Shown here piece after piece: positions 36,819 through 46,214 of a stretch of 64,000 nucleotides of DNA. A program made the position numbers and the translations under genes. Positions within the stretch are counted from its first letter, which is position 1. Each line of letters starts with the position of its first letter. Source of the DNA: a virus; IMG/VR virus record IMGVR_UViG_3300037245_001773, positions 1 through 64,000 of that record; one strand, 5' to 3'. Below the pieces are notes generated by a model, which was given only the letters and a program-made list of their open reading frames with translations, was not told the DNA's origin and ran no database searches.

Positions 36819-37855
36819 GCTGCTTTTTTCCTCGCCTCAACAGTATCGGGATGGCTCACACCTGTTATTTCGTCATAAATTGCCTGTGGCCAACAACGAT
36901 CTTGAATATCAGTTCCGGCATGATGCCTTTCACCTGCTCTTTTTCCCTTGAAAACTGTGACCGGGGGATCATTCCACTTAATTATCACCCCTTCTAGCCG
37001 TTTATGGTCTGAATATCCGTCTGAATTTGCCAATGATCTGACCCTGCCATCCTGCCTTGTTCTCCAAATATACTCAGTAACACCGGACTTTCTTTGGCGG
37101 GCCTCTTCAATATTGGCCGTCAACTTTCCGATCTGGTCACGGGCAATTAATCTGGCTCTATTTTTTGCGTTTCCTGTCAATTCCTGAATCTTCGCTCTTG
37201 CCGTGGCTGTCAATTCGCCTTTCCGTACAGCGTCTTTGGTGATTTGCTCTATCTGAGAAAAGTATTGACCCGGGACTGTTTTGATTAAAGAGATGTTTGC
37301 CTGCAAAGAATCTTGAATAAATTCATCCACGTTTAACTGTGCCGGTAATGGCTTGGTTCCGGTCTGTCTTTCGAATTCATTAACAAATTGCGTCTCTGTT
37401 TTTTCTTTGACTCTGTTTAAAAATGGTTTCACGGTTTTATTCAATGATCTGGTAAAAATCTCTTGCCTTGGTTCCGTGTTGGGTTTTACTGATTCGCCGA
37501 AAAACATGCTCTTCATTCTTGCGATCAATGCGGCTACCAGTGTGATTCCTGCCAGTTCTTTAAATTGTACGTCTAGCCTGATTTCTTTTATAAACGGGAT
37601 GCCGATAAGGTCACAGGCTTCTTTTTTACTTATGAGACTGGTGTCGAATCGTTCTGTTTTATGGTTCGTTAATCTATCGAGTTCAGGGAGTAAGACTTTT
37701 TTTGTTATTTCATCGATTTTGTTTATCTCTTTGATGATTGCCTTTCCGAATTCCATTTCGATCATGCGATTCTCGGGGGGTTCTTTGAAAGCGCGGGTCT
37801 TTCTCCTGTTTGATAGTTGTTTTTTGATTCGCTTTCTTTGTGCTTCAGTTGGCAT
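36815..37855 (-). CDS. Minor head protein (SPP1 gp7 / Mu gpF family)
   Basis: RARLIARDQ..KL, GV..YIWRT..DGRVR, H..LEG...W..PP. Confidence 0.9.
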   Translation of the reverse strand: MPTEAQRKRIKKQLSNRRKTRAFKEPPENRMIEMEFGKAIIKEINKIDEITKKVLLPELDRLTNHKTERFDTSLISKKEACDLIGIPFIKEIRLDVQFKELAGITLVAALIARMKSMFFGESVKPNTEPRQEIFTRSLNKTVKPFLNRVKEKTETQFVNEFERQTGTKPLPAQLNVDEFIQDSLQANISLIKTVPGQYFSQIEQITKDAVRKGELTATARAKIQELTGNAKNRARLIARDQIGKLTANIEEARQRKSGVTEYIWRTRQDGRVRSLANSDGYSDHKRLEGVIIKWNDPPVTVFKGKRAGERHHAGTDIQDRCWPQAIYDEITGVSHPDTVEARKKAA

Positions 37856-38681
37856 TAATGGCTCTTAATGGTTTTGTTAGTGCGTCTTCTGTTGACCACC
37901 CGCGACCAATCCTGTTGCTTATTACTTTTTTTGGTATCCCAGTTTTATTAGACCACTCCATGGCTGTCGCAGTAATTCCATTGTATGTGTGCAGGGCTGG
38001 CTTCTTTATTTGTTTTGTTATGGCATCTTCGAAGCTCATTCCCTTTCGCATTCTGCTGTCAACAGTTTCCGGCTTTATGCCGTTCCTCCTGCACCATTGT
38101 GCAAATGTCAGTGTTTGATTTTCATACGTATAAAATGTATTTGATCTTCTGTTGTTTGCCTGCTCCATTGGAGTTGCCCACTTGCAATTGTCCGGAGAGT
38201 ATCCCTTGTCGTTGTCTTCCCTTTCTATTGTCATTCCGTCCGGGACGTCTCCCATGTCTGAGTAGAAATTTTCAAACTTTGCCCACCTCTCACAGACTTT
38301 TATACCTCGGCCACCGTAGTATTTATAGTCTTTGTCATTCTCGTTGTGGCACCTATTCTTTATTTTTAGCCACCTTCTATATGACTTTGTTATTGTGCCA
38401 TTTGATGAGTGCCCGTGTGTTGTTGCCCTTTTAATCAAAGACTTAATTTTTCCGCAGCCACAACTCTTCGTGTGCCCACTTATTAAATCATTTGATGCAA
38501 CCTTTGTAATAGACCCACAATCACAAACGCACAACCACATTATTTTTTTATTTTCGTAGTCAGTTCGGTACAGAACGTCGATATCTCCAAATCTTTTGCC
38601 GGATAAAATGTATTTTAATTTTTTTCTCCTAATAGTATTAGGACCTTTCCTGGATTGTTGTAGCTCAAATAATATGCTCAT
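37845..38681 (-). CDS. HNH-type homing endonuclease-like protein
   Basis: WLCVCDCG, KSCGC, YGGRGIKVCERW, IER.DN..GYSPDNC.WAT; two C-terminal HTH-like repeats. Confidence 0.9.
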   Translation of the reverse strand: MSILFELQQSRKGPNTIRRKKLKYILSGKRFGDIDVLYRTDYENKKIMWLCVCDCGSITKVASNDLISGHTKSCGCGKIKSLIKRATTHGHSSNGTITKSYRRWLKIKNRCHNENDKDYKYYGGRGIKVCERWAKFENFYSDMGDVPDGMTIEREDNDKGYSPDNCKWATPMEQANNRRSNTFYTYENQTLTFAQWCRRNGIKPETVDSRMRKGMSFEDAITKQIKKPALHTYNGITATAMEWSNKTGIPKKVISNRIGRGWSTEDALTKPLRAINAN

Positions 38682-38695
38682 AGTTTTCTGTTTAA

Positions 38696-39565
38696 TTACA
38701 AGTCTTTGTAATCACTAGAGGCGGCGTCGGTAATTGCTTTCTGTGCATCGCTCCCCTCAATCCCAAGCTCTGAAACCTTGAATTGAACTGTGCTCGAACG
38801 GGGTAATACCCAATAAATTCTGTTGTTTGCGGGATCGTAAGTGCCGTTTACTTTCTGTCCGCTATAGAAAACTCCACTCAACTCAGCAGGCAAGCTGATG
38901 ATTTCAGCAGTTCCAGTGAGGCTTGCAAGGCTGACAGTCGGACGTTGGCTGGAAACGAAAATTGAGACCTCATTTTCTCCCGCCCCACTACTCGGGGTAA
39001 TTACAATCGCGGCCCCGGCGTAAGTGTCGGTTGTCGTTCCGGATACGGTTAAATCTTCTGGGACTGTAAAAGAGTATTGAGGTTTAGCGAGAACAACTTT
39101 ATATGCTCCATCATCCAAGGCAAATACAACTATGCCGCTTGAATTGGTGTTTTTTGAGTCAAGCTTTACCGTTTGGGCTGCATTCCATACTTGAACTTCT
39201 ACGCCTAGAATTGGGACTGGAACAGCATCGTTAACAGTGATCGTGACAGAATTAGCACCGGGACCAGAAGAGGCTGATTCAACCCATCCACCGACACGGA
39301 AGAAACCGGAATACTTCTTTGTGGTGGCGTCCACCATCGTCCAATAGTATTCAGCGAATGCGGTCGGAGGCGTTACCAGATCAGAAAGGGGATAGTAGAA
39401 AACTCCTGTTGTGCCAATTTGAACAGCTGTTCCGGTTGTCATTGCTTCCGGAGTTGCGGACCCGTCTTTATATACAGCGACGGTTATCGCATCAAGATTG
39501 GCGAATACCCCGAGAAAGGAGTAGACTTTTGATGATGCAAATTCAGAGAGTTTTATTCTGTCCAT
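38696..39565 (-). CDS. Beta-rich (Ig-like) putative virion protein
   Basis: P..GV.VQV...T...G...F.LDDG.Y.V carboxypeptidase-regulatory-like pattern. Confidence 0.7.
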   Translation of the reverse strand: MDRIKLSEFASSKVYSFLGVFANLDAITVAVYKDGSATPEAMTTGTAVQIGTTGVFYYPLSDLVTPPTAFAEYYWTMVDATTKKYSGFFRVGGWVESASSGPGANSVTITVNDAVPVPILGVEVQVWNAAQTVKLDSKNTNSSGIVVFALDDGAYKVVLAKPQYSFTVPEDLTVSGTTTDTYAGAAIVITPSSGAGENEVSIFVSSQRPTVSLASLTGTAEIISLPAELSGVFYSGQKVNGTYDPANNRIYWVLPRSSTVQFKVSELGIEGSDAQKAITDAASSDYKDL

Positions 39566-39843
39566 TATTTAGACTCCCATGCGCTTATGTTCTTCCATTC
39601 TCCAGTGGAATCATCCAGAATATCAAAGACACCTCCCCTGGTTTTTTTGTTCTTGTGCATTAAATCCCATATTTCTTTAAGGAATTCGGATACTGAGAGG
39701 CTATAATCAAGCTCAGGGTATTCTGTGCTGACCCTATCCTTTTTTCTCCTGTAATCAACATACCACTGAAGAGCGTCAACTTCGTCACCTTCAAAATCAT
39801 CAGGTAGATGGATGTATCCTATGAATTGGAGAATTTTCATCAC
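39565..39843 (-). CDS. Hypothetical protein
   Basis: Coupled ORF. Confidence 0.55.
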   Translation of the reverse strand: MMKILQFIGYIHLPDDFEGDEVDALQWYVDYRRKKDRVSTEYPELDYSLSVSEFLKEIWDLMHKNKKTRGGVFDILDDSTGEWKNISAWESK

Positions 39844-40007
39844 TTGGTCTCGCCTCTTTCTATCTCAAGGTTCATTTTTTCCAAAAGATCTTCAGGGACT
39901 TGTTTTAAGGACTTTAACTCTTCGATCAGGTCTTTAACATCACCATAGGGGCACGTTCTTAAATAAGCATACAACGCCCCTATAAATTCACCTTTGATTA
40001 AATGCAT
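39840..40007 (-). CDS. Hypothetical protein, 55 aa (manual)
   Basis: MHLIKGEFIGALYAYLRTCPYGDVKDLIEEL; YL...PY.(D/E)V..LI motif often follows fibre genes. Confidence 0.6.
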   Translation of the reverse strand: MHLIKGEFIGALYAYLRTCPYGDVKDLIEELKSLKQVPEDLLEKMNLEIERGETK

Positions 40008-40013
40008 TATATT

Positions 40014-40538
40014 TTACCAGCTTGCAATCGCAACACGTTCCCATTCATCTGTTCCCACACAAATATAGATGAAGTCAGCATCCCATGCGATAGTCCCGGC
40101 TGTTCCAGTATCATTTGCTGCTGATGGGGTTTTAGTTGCTGTTATCAAAAGACCTGAAGCCGTAATATTAACCCCGGTGATATTTCCAGAGGCCGCAAAA
40201 TCAACCGACCCTGCGTTACCAGTTACCGCGAGAATACCTGGGAGTGTCACGGTTCCAGCATCATCAATGATGACCTCATGTTCAACCCCGGCACCATCCT
40301 GGAAATAAGCCTTGTTATCGGCCTTGTAATAGATTGTCCCGAAGTCCGGCACCGCTGTCGGGGTTGTGATCTCAGGGAGCCCAACAAATCCAGCTGTCAC
40401 AGTCAACGCCTTGAGTGTCACTGTTGTGGCCGCTTCGACACTTGCCACAATCTCAGATGCCGTTCCTGATTTCCAATCCGTACCGATGTGCGCGTCAATC
40501 AAGGCGATTATTTCGCCTGCTCTCACTGTTCCGTACAT
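40014..40538 (-). CDS. Short fibre-like virion protein
   Basis: C-terminal TPSAANDTGTAGTIAWDADFIYICV....W.R.A..SW fibre tip motif. Confidence 0.75.
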   Translation of the reverse strand: MYGTVRAGEIIALIDAHIGTDWKSGTASEIVASVEAATTVTLKALTVTAGFVGLPEITTPTAVPDFGTIYYKADNKAYFQDGAGVEHEVIIDDAGTVTLPGILAVTGNAGSVDFAASGNITGVNITASGLLITATKTPSAANDTGTAGTIAWDADFIYICVGTDEWERVAIASW

Positions 40539-40684
40539 TACTTGTCCTCCTTTTTTTCTTCTTCTTTCTTGCCGAAATTAAACTTGTCTTTCCGTTCGTT
40601 CAATCCTTTTTCGTGAGCTTCCTTTGCCATCATTCCGGCGTCTTTTTTCTCTTCCTTTTCTTTCTTCTCAAAATTAAATGGCAT
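40538..40684 (-). CDS. 48-aa highly charged peptide with internal duplication (manual)
   Basis: AAGGAG RBS, own promoter, TAATG coupling; FNFEKKEKEEKKD / FNFGKKEEEKKED. Confidence 0.65.
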   Translation of the reverse strand: MPFNFEKKEKEEKKDAGMMAKEAHEKGLNERKDKFNFGKKEEEKKEDK

Positions 40685-40714
40685 GTTTTCTCCTTTATTT
40701 TGGTTTCTGTTTTA

Positions 40715-40743
40715 ACGATACACTGAACATTTGTTCTTGTCAA
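40715..40743 (-). promoter_or_regulatory. Sigma70 promoter with GAAC-N4-GTTC palindrome in the spacer
   Basis: TTGACA-AGAACAAATGTTCAGTG-TATCGT. Confidence 0.7.
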
Positions 40744-40752
40744 ATTTTCAGT

Positions 40753-43026
40753 TTATACCCCTATCATTATCACATTATCTGGTAATGTTGCGTGGCTTGA
40801 TGTTTTCCATAATTCATTTGCAATAGCTCCAGATCCTATCTGTGTCGCTCCTGACTTCATATTCGTCAGCAATGTGGGGTTGGTAAGGTCAAGCGTTTGA
40901 TTTGGGGACCTGCCAGCCAATAAAAGGTATTGAGCGTGATCATCGTCGGCCAAACCCGCCATATCTCCGTGATCACTTACACCCGCATTAGCAAATAACT
41001 GATCAAACGCTGAAGATATTGTTGCTGTGTCCGATGATTTTTGAAATGTAAACCTTGCAGCTAATAAAGATGTTTCTGTTATTTTTGACGGTAAGGATGA
41101 ACTGGGAACCGCTTCATTGTCAGCCGCAAATTCCGAATTATGTTGAGCGCGTCCATAAACCATAACAATATGGTCATCTGGTTCAATAAAAAAGAATAAG
41201 TTGGCCCACTTGTTATTGCTTAAAGTGGTCAATGTTCCAGCATTGTCATATTGTAAATTATTCCATTGGGATGCTGCCGCTTCCTCTTGTCCTCCCGCTG
41301 AATATGTTGAAAAGGTATCTGCACCCGAAGTGTTGAAAGTGGATATGGGATATTCAGTTCTGCCCCACCAAATCGATCCTGACGTCACGGAAACATCTCT
41401 ATTAGCATCTCCTGACTGTCCGAAAATCAATCCACCTTTTCTTTTATCTCTACTTAAACCAAAGACCCGTCTGATAAATCTACCGGCCTGACCTATGCTT
41501 TCTTGGAGTCTAACTCCCAATGAAAAAACATGTTCGACAGCTCCGTTTTCTTTTGTGACTACTCCAATTTGAATTTTATCAGGAGTTTCTAAAAACTCAT
41601 CTGTGCTTAATGAGATAACGCCTGAATCATCGACGTAAACATATTGAGTAGTGTTATCTGTAACCGCTATACCTAGTGATTCTGACCACTTGAAAGACTG
41701 CAATTCAGCGTTAGGATCATTAGTTGTGCGGATAAACCCTGATCCGGCAGATACGTCAAGAGTTCCTGATCCACCATCACTTAAGATGCCACCCAGGAAG
41801 AAACCGGATGATCCTGTATTGTCTAGATACTCTTGTAATTGATCTACTGTTGGGGTGCCTGATCCTTTGGCAATAGACACCGAACTGCTTGGAACTTCAG
41901 AAAAGTTTGTACCCTTGAATGTTGGGCTTGATCCGCTGGTTACATCTTGGTCAATAAGTGAATGATCACTGCCATCTGACCCACGATGAGTATCATTAAG
42001 CGCTACGTTGGCGTGATCTGATCCGTTCCCAGATCTATGAGAATTATTTAAAACAACGTCGGAATGGTCTTTTCCGTCACTTGACCGATGAGTATCGTTT
42101 AGAGCAACGTTTGCATGGTCAGACCCATTTCCGGTTCGATGACTATTGTTCAGTACTAGGTCGGAATGATCCTTGCCATCTGAAGTTTTGTGTGTCGTAT
42201 TTAAAGCAACATCTGAGTGATCAGAACCGCTCCCCGATCTATGAGAGTTATTAAGAACTACATCTGAGTGATTCTTCCCGTCCGAACTTCGATGAGTTGT
42301 ATTTGCGTCAACATTCGTATTGGCGTTGACTCTCGCTTCAGTATAATAAAGATTCGATCCCTCCTCAACATCGTCTGTATTTTGAGTTTCCCATATTGCG
42401 TCCCCTGCCTCGCCTGAATCTTTTGTTAAATGCTGGCCTGCTGTCCCGTCTGGAGGCAGACCCAGTTTCCAATCTGACGTACCTAAAATCTTGGTAAATT
42501 CGGCAATGATCTCTTTTGCATCGATTCCAGCATGAGAGGGTAGTTTGATTTTGCCTGACTTCAATTGCTTGACAAGTTCGATAATATCTTGCTTGCGGTC
42601 TTTAATCAGTTGGGTAACGTCGATTAAATCAGCTATTTCTTTTTTGTCTCTGTCTGTCAGTGGGAGGGGTTGAGCGTCTTGACCGGGCTCTCCCTGCTCA
42701 CCGGGAATGCCTTGTTCACCATCTTTGGGTACTTCGATTTGATCAAGTACGGATTTTTGAAAGGCTTCTTTTACTTCAGGGGAAAATATTTCATCCCGAT
42801 AAAAGTCAACTCGCTTTTCATCGTCTGTGGATTTGACTTGATCTAAAAGCTGTTTGACTATTTCTGATGAATCTAACTTAGGGGTTTGGATTGAGGATTG
42901 AACGCGCGCAACTATATTGTCAATTTCAGATTGATCGAAACGTATTTTTCTTTTGTCTAACTGTTCGATTATCTCTGATATAATTTCAAACTTTAATTTT
43001 TCTCTTGATTCAGGGGTTGCTTTCAA
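40753..43026 (-). CDS. Large fibre-like protein with collagen-like and His-rich repeats
   Basis: Short GXX run, TDDV.EG.NLYYT.AR, 7 x 17-aa repeats, DH....LADDDH.QY motifs. Confidence 0.8.
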   Translation of the reverse strand: MKATPESREKLKFEIISEIIEQLDKRKIRFDQSEIDNIVARVQSSIQTPKLDSSEIVKQLLDQVKSTDDEKRVDFYRDEIFSPEVKEAFQKSVLDQIEVPKDGEQGIPGEQGEPGQDAQPLPLTDRDKKEIADLIDVTQLIKDRKQDIIELVKQLKSGKIKLPSHAGIDAKEIIAEFTKILGTSDWKLGLPPDGTAGQHLTKDSGEAGDAIWETQNTDDVEEGSNLYYTEARVNANTNVDANTTHRSSDGKNHSDVVLNNSHRSGSGSDHSDVALNTTHKTSDGKDHSDLVLNNSHRTGNGSDHANVALNDTHRSSDGKDHSDVVLNNSHRSGNGSDHANVALNDTHRGSDGSDHSLIDQDVTSGSSPTFKGTNFSEVPSSSVSIAKGSGTPTVDQLQEYLDNTGSSGFFLGGILSDGGSGTLDVSAGSGFIRTTNDPNAELQSFKWSESLGIAVTDNTTQYVYVDDSGVISLSTDEFLETPDKIQIGVVTKENGAVEHVFSLGVRLQESIGQAGRFIRRVFGLSRDKRKGGLIFGQSGDANRDVSVTSGSIWWGRTEYPISTFNTSGADTFSTYSAGGQEEAAASQWNNLQYDNAGTLTTLSNNKWANLFFFIEPDDHIVMVYGRAQHNSEFAADNEAVPSSSLPSKITETSLLAARFTFQKSSDTATISSAFDQLFANAGVSDHGDMAGLADDDHAQYLLLAGRSPNQTLDLTNPTLLTNMKSGATQIGSGAIANELWKTSSHATLPDNVIMIGV
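41956..42312 (-). repeat. Seven tandem 51-bp (17-aa) coding repeats
   Basis: N(T/N/D)(T/S)H(R/K)xx(D/S/N)G(K/S)(D/N)H(S/A)(D/N)V(V/A)L, alternating A/B units. Confidence 0.9.
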
Positions 43027-44771
43027 ATCTCTATTTCCTGATCTAGTTTTTTGCTGATTTCATCAAGTCCCTTCTGAATATCGTCTATCTCTTTCGCATG
43101 GTCGATCTGTTCCGGGATTTTAACGTTGACAATTGGGGCTTCTACGATTATCTGTGGTTCGAGTTTTATGATTTGGTCTTTCTTTTCTTCTGGCTTCTCT
43201 GGAATTTCCGGTGGAATGACTTGATTCTGTTTTGCGGCCTCATCACTGATGGCCTTTTCCATCTTGATGCCTTCGAGTTCTTCAGCCATTGCGTCGGCCT
43301 CTTCCGGGGTGAACTCGTCTTTCATTTCTTCCCGGGCTTTGAAATCGATGATCATAGATTCAAGGTCAACCGTGTCCTTACTGAAACGAGATATTCCGAC
43401 TTCTTCAGGACTTACAACGTTTAAATTAACGTAAATTTCATCCTTTTGAGCTACAGTGTAGGCTGTATCGGCCTTGTCTTTGTCTGATTGTTCCTGTAAT
43501 GGGTTGAATACGTATGACGGTAATTCTGTCAGCATTCCGACTGCCATATTCACAAACGTCATGAACTCATTTAACCATGGCCTGAGTTGAATCTCTTGTT
43601 TTGAGTGGATCCCATTGAAATATGTTCTAGTGTCTGATTCAGAAGATGTTCCCCCTAGATTGCCTGACTCAGAAGAGAAAAATCTTGATTTGGGGATACT
43701 TGCGGCCCCGCATATTGCCTCTGTGTACCTGTCCCATAGGTCGGCAAGACCGGTTATTGGCGTTCCTTTGCGCTCCATTTTCTCTGAATCGGCATCATAC
43801 ACATTGAGACGGTTCGACGTCATATTAAAATGAGTCATAGCCAAGCGGTCAAGTATATAGTCAGGGTCGCTTCCGGTCATCACTTTTTCTGCCAGGCCCT
43901 TCATTCCGAGATAATCCTGGGTGAAGGTTTCCATTGTGCTGTTGGATTCCGTGACACAGATACCATAGTCTCTCAGAGCTGTATAAACTGCCTGCAGCTC
44001 TGAATCATCCCACCCTCTGTTGAGAGTACGTGGTGTTTGAGTGGTGAAACGTCCGTCCATGCGGATAAGTCTGGATTCGTGAACGTTCAGCGTCTTGCCG
44101 CCTGCGGGTTCCCTGATAATGACTTGGTAATGTTCAGGTTGTAACCATTTGGGGTCGTTTACGTCTTGATACCATGTAACAGGGATTGCAAACCATGCCG
44201 GAACCTGCCTAACCCACCTGATTTCTGAGACTTGATTTTCATTGAGAGGTTCCCAGAAATCATCAGGACCGCTAACGTCATCAAAATTAAACACGGTCAC
44301 AGAACCACCGGACGCGCGCGCGAGGGCTATGGACTGGAAAGCTGTTTGCCATAACTTGAACTGCTCATTCAGGAGATCATCGAAGTCTTCTACCTCTTTT
44401 TGGATTTTTATTTGATCTGTGGCTTCTTTTTCTTCACCTTCTTTTGATTCGTCGTCGTCGTTGTGCTTGTATGAGATACCATTGCGGGTCATGTCTTCGC
44501 TCGGCGCGTCTATAATTTTTCTAGAAACCCAATCAGACTGGTAAAGATCTTCTTGTTGTACGGTGTCTACTTTTGGAATGCCGGTGTATTGTGAGTTTGC
44601 CACGGGATGTTGGGCGCGCGTTCCAAATCCGGTTGATGGATTGGTCCATGCGTCCATTCTTTTGGAACGTGGGATTCTTAAGGCTGGGTCGATGTCTTTG
44701 AGCGGTTTTAGGTCGTAACCCTTTGAGGCTAACAGTAATCTTTCGTCTGCGAATGCGTTGGATTGCGCCAT
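43023..44771 (-). CDS. Portal protein (DUF1073-like)
   Basis: D.W.N..TG.GT, LY...W..RKIID.P.EDMTR, VHESRLIR, IP.SR.F...G..GG..SD...Y, FNPL. Confidence 0.92.
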   Translation of the reverse strand: MAQSNAFADERLLLASKGYDLKPLKDIDPALRIPRSKRMDAWTNPSTGFGTRAQHPVANSQYTGIPKVDTVQQEDLYQSDWVSRKIIDAPSEDMTRNGISYKHNDDDESKEGEEKEATDQIKIQKEVEDFDDLLNEQFKLWQTAFQSIALARASGGSVTVFNFDDVSGPDDFWEPLNENQVSEIRWVRQVPAWFAIPVTWYQDVNDPKWLQPEHYQVIIREPAGGKTLNVHESRLIRMDGRFTTQTPRTLNRGWDDSELQAVYTALRDYGICVTESNSTMETFTQDYLGMKGLAEKVMTGSDPDYILDRLAMTHFNMTSNRLNVYDADSEKMERKGTPITGLADLWDRYTEAICGAASIPKSRFFSSESGNLGGTSSESDTRTYFNGIHSKQEIQLRPWLNEFMTFVNMAVGMLTELPSYVFNPLQEQSDKDKADTAYTVAQKDEIYVNLNVVSPEEVGISRFSKDTVDLESMIIDFKAREEMKDEFTPEEADAMAEELEGIKMEKAISDEAAKQNQVIPPEIPEKPEEKKDQIIKLEPQIIVEAPIVNVKIPEQIDHAKEIDDIQKGLDEISKKLDQEIEI

Positions 44772-44798
44772 TGATACCCTGCTGATTGTTTTTCTCTT

Positions 44799-44827
44799 AT
44801 CTTACAGGGTACATTTGTTCTTGTCAA
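44799..44827 (-). promoter_or_regulatory. Sigma70 promoter of the portal operon
   Basis: TTGACA-AGAACAAATGTACCCTG-TAAGAT; shares 18 nt with the 40.7 kb promoter. Confidence 0.7.
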
Positions 44828-44847
44828 ATCTCTAATTACCTGAACGC

Positions 44848-44884
44848 AAAAAGACCACCAACACTCTCTTGAATGCGGTGGTCT
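44848..44884 (-). terminator. Rho-independent terminator
   Basis: AGACCAC...GTGGTCT stem followed by a T run on the minus strand. Confidence 0.55.
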
Positions 44885-44922
44885 CAGCTTTCTCTATGCT
44901 CTGTTCCGGTTTATACTTTATC

Positions 44923-45291
44923 TTAACCGGCCAGGGCTGCCAGATCTCGTTTTTGTGTGTTGTTTGCCGTCAGGGGCGATAAATCCAGACCGATCCCCGT
45001 TCGGTGTGCCGCCTCCCAATGGTTAAGAATTCCGGCAATTAGGGTTTCGGACCTTGTAATTGTATTTGGCTCCGTTTTGCTGCTGGCTTCGTTGGGGATA
45101 ATATAGATAGTCTCGTTGTCGAATTGACTAACATCACGACAATGAACGGTGTTGGCCGTTGACTGTCCCATAAAAACGGGGGTAACGAATTCCGGCACGC
45201 TTTGTGACATTCCAAGTTCAGCCGCAAAAATTACGGGACTGAACAAGATTGCCAACATGAAGGCCAGAATACTGAATAAACTTAATTTCAA
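44923..45291 (-). CDS. Exported hypothetical protein
   Basis: Signal peptide MKLSLFSILAFMLAILFSPVIFAA; GAGG RBS. Confidence 0.6.
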   Translation of the reverse strand: MKLSLFSILAFMLAILFSPVIFAAELGMSQSVPEFVTPVFMGQSTANTVHCRDVSQFDNETIYIIPNEASSKTEPNTITRSETLIAGILNHWEAAHRTGIGLDLSPLTANNTQKRDLAALAG

Positions 45292-45484
45292 TTTAACCTC
45301 TTTGCAAAGATATTAAAGGAGGCGATTAACCGGATCGCCTTTTCCGGTCGTACTGTATGTTTTAACTATCTCATATTGAATACCTTTTTGTCAAGTAATT
45401 TTTAAGGCAGGTTAAAGCTAATCCTCAGAACACCGAAGAACACAAACAGAGCAAAGCAGACTATTAGCATTTTAGATTCAAAGC

Positions 45485-45748
45485 TCATTTTGGCGGGTCC
45501 GGTAATGGCATCCAGTGAGTTACTGGATAATTTAACTCACATTCACACTCATTTTCGGAAACAAAAACATTGTCTGGGAAATCCATATAATTTTCCTTGT
45601 AAAACTCACTATCTGCTGGATTGATGAGCCTCCCAACTGATTGACCGCCCGCCTTACTATATACTAAGATAGGAACGCTTTTCCAGCATTTAGTGAGTTT
45701 TAATATTCCACCGGGCGGTAACCGTTCTTTGACGTTTATCCAGTTCAT
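45485..45748 (-). CDS. DUF551-family protein
   Basis: M.WI.VKERLP...VTHWMPLP.PP; start trimmed. Confidence 0.85.
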   Translation of the reverse strand: MNWINVKERLPPGGILKLTKCWKSVPILVYSKAGGQSVGRLINPADSEFYKENYMDFPDNVFVSENECECELNYPVTHWMPLPDPPK

Positions 45749-45767
45749 ATAATCTTGTATGGAGGTA

Positions 45768-46187
45768 TTATTTATCAACCGCCTTATGAGTAAGCAGACC
45801 GATTGCGAAAGGAAATAGCAGAATAAACTGAAGCGGTATTTTGTGAATATACGCCAAATAGGAGCACACAAAGCAAACGACAGGTAATGCCCAACCGTGG
45901 GTAAACCCTCTATGTTTGTCTGAGCTGAAGGCCATATATACGATGCCCGTCACCGCTGAATGTCTGTCTTTCCCGTACCACATAAGCAGAGCCGCGATGA
46001 TAATTCCAGCCCATGCGAACATCCTTGACGGTATACTTCCGGTATCGATATCGCTTGCCAGGGAACCGATTACAGTCACCCCTGCAAACGCTAATCCTGC
46101 AACTGGATTCTTTGTGATGTACCAGGCAGTTGCTCCGGTTATTAGTCCGGTTGCGGTTCCTGCTAATGCGTGCGCTCGAAAATTCAC
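45768..46187 (-). CDS. Membrane-bound metal-dependent hydrolase (YdjM-like)
   Basis: H..AG, GSL..DIDT.S, HRGFTH, G.LTH...D. Confidence 0.85.
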   Translation of the reverse strand: MNFRAHALAGTATGLITGATAWYITKNPVAGLAFAGVTVIGSLASDIDTGSIPSRMFAWAGIIIAALLMWYGKDRHSAVTGIVYMAFSSDKHRGFTHGWALPVVCFVCSYLAYIHKIPLQFILLFPFAIGLLTHKAVDK

Positions 46188-46214
46188 TTTATCCCCTATT
46201 TGATTGATGTTTTA

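Noticed and set aside
37845-38681. HNH gene as part of a group I intron
   Set aside because: Flanking genes appear complete and there is no non-coding space for an intron core; treated as free-standing
41956-42312. Periodic DNA repeats as a CRISPR array or DGR template
   Set aside because: In-frame degenerate coding repeats without unique spacers; no cas or reverse transcriptase gene in the window
43023-44771. Anti-CBASS Acb1 label sometimes attached to DUF1073 proteins
   Set aside because: No pair of HxT/S 2H-phosphodiesterase motifs recognised; size and position fit a portal protein
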